Below, piece by piece: positions 63,466-64,000 of a stretch of DNA of 64,000 nt. How positions within the stretch are numbered: the stretch's first letter is position 1; the number at the start of each line of letters is the position of its first letter. The notes beneath the pieces are model-generated. The model saw only the letters and a list, made by a program, of their open reading frames with translations, had not been told where the DNA came from and ran no database searches. Source of the DNA: Marsupella aquatica (lineage: Eukaryota; Plantae; Marchantiophyta). The translations under genes were made by a program, and so were the position numbers. The stretch is from the NCBI GenBank assembly GCA_973895155.1, contig OZ316895.1:14008225-14072224 (forward strand), read 5' to 3'.

Positions 63466-64000
63466 CTTTCTGGTATCAAATGCGTGGAATAATTCACTAC
63501 ACTAGTTTGGCATTGCACAATTAATCATCCACATTAATCCACATTAACGTTAATTAAGGGTCGTTCGATGATTTGGGTCGTTCGATGATTTTTACTGCTC
63601 TTCCCTTCCCAGGGCTTGCCACGTAGGCAGCTTTATATCTCATTATTTTATACCTTGTTTTGTGGTGTATTTGTATGGTTGAAGTTGAGCACACTGCACA
63701 GCCGCAAGGGTCAGAAGTAGCGTCTGCACCATATAGACTAATCCCAACCGTTTATCTAAGGTACGACCACTTGACGTATATTTAGGGTCCTTCATTGCTG
63801 CTTAATGGAGCAATGAGGCTCCCGTACGCCTCCCCGCTGCGGGTCGGCATGCAGTCGCCCCATATGCTCCATTAAGGAGCATATCAAGACCGGGTCGTCT
63901 GTGTGCTCTTTCAGGTTTCGTGGCTTTATGCTGATGCCAAGACAACATTTGTTGACTTGATTATATCTCATTAATTATCCTGTGTCACACCTTTTTGGTA

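Noticed and set aside
63983-64000. LTR start (TGTCACACC) or PBS (TGGTA...) at the window end
   Set aside because: Only 18 nt are visible, so it cannot be distinguished from chance.

Overview
Eukaryotic nuclear DNA from a land plant. The intron-rich genes, a P-class PPR gene and a VAPYRIN-type gene suggest a bryophyte-grade lineage such as a liverwort, but the taxon is an inference. Host genes: DNAJC11/ATJ13-type chaperone, intronless RsmE, tRNA-Ser(GCT), NSE4, a PPR protein, VAPYRIN(-like), an FGGY sugar kinase and an R3H-domain protein. Mobile DNA includes a complete Pong-type PIF/Harbinger element (TIRs, TTA TSD), a hAT MITE, an LTR remnant and a foldback element. The standout is at the left edge (1-~5400). 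A Ty3/Gypsy-like gag-protease frame continues in frame into a DNMT3-like cytosine-5 methyltransferase domain and is broken only by four transition-type nonsense codons. About 500 bp upstream lies a 5S-rRNA-derived Pol III promoter (TATA, A box and C box at 5S spacing, plus extra C boxes) that points away from gag into a CpG-rich island. Exon coordinates and motif calls were read by eye; no database searches were run.
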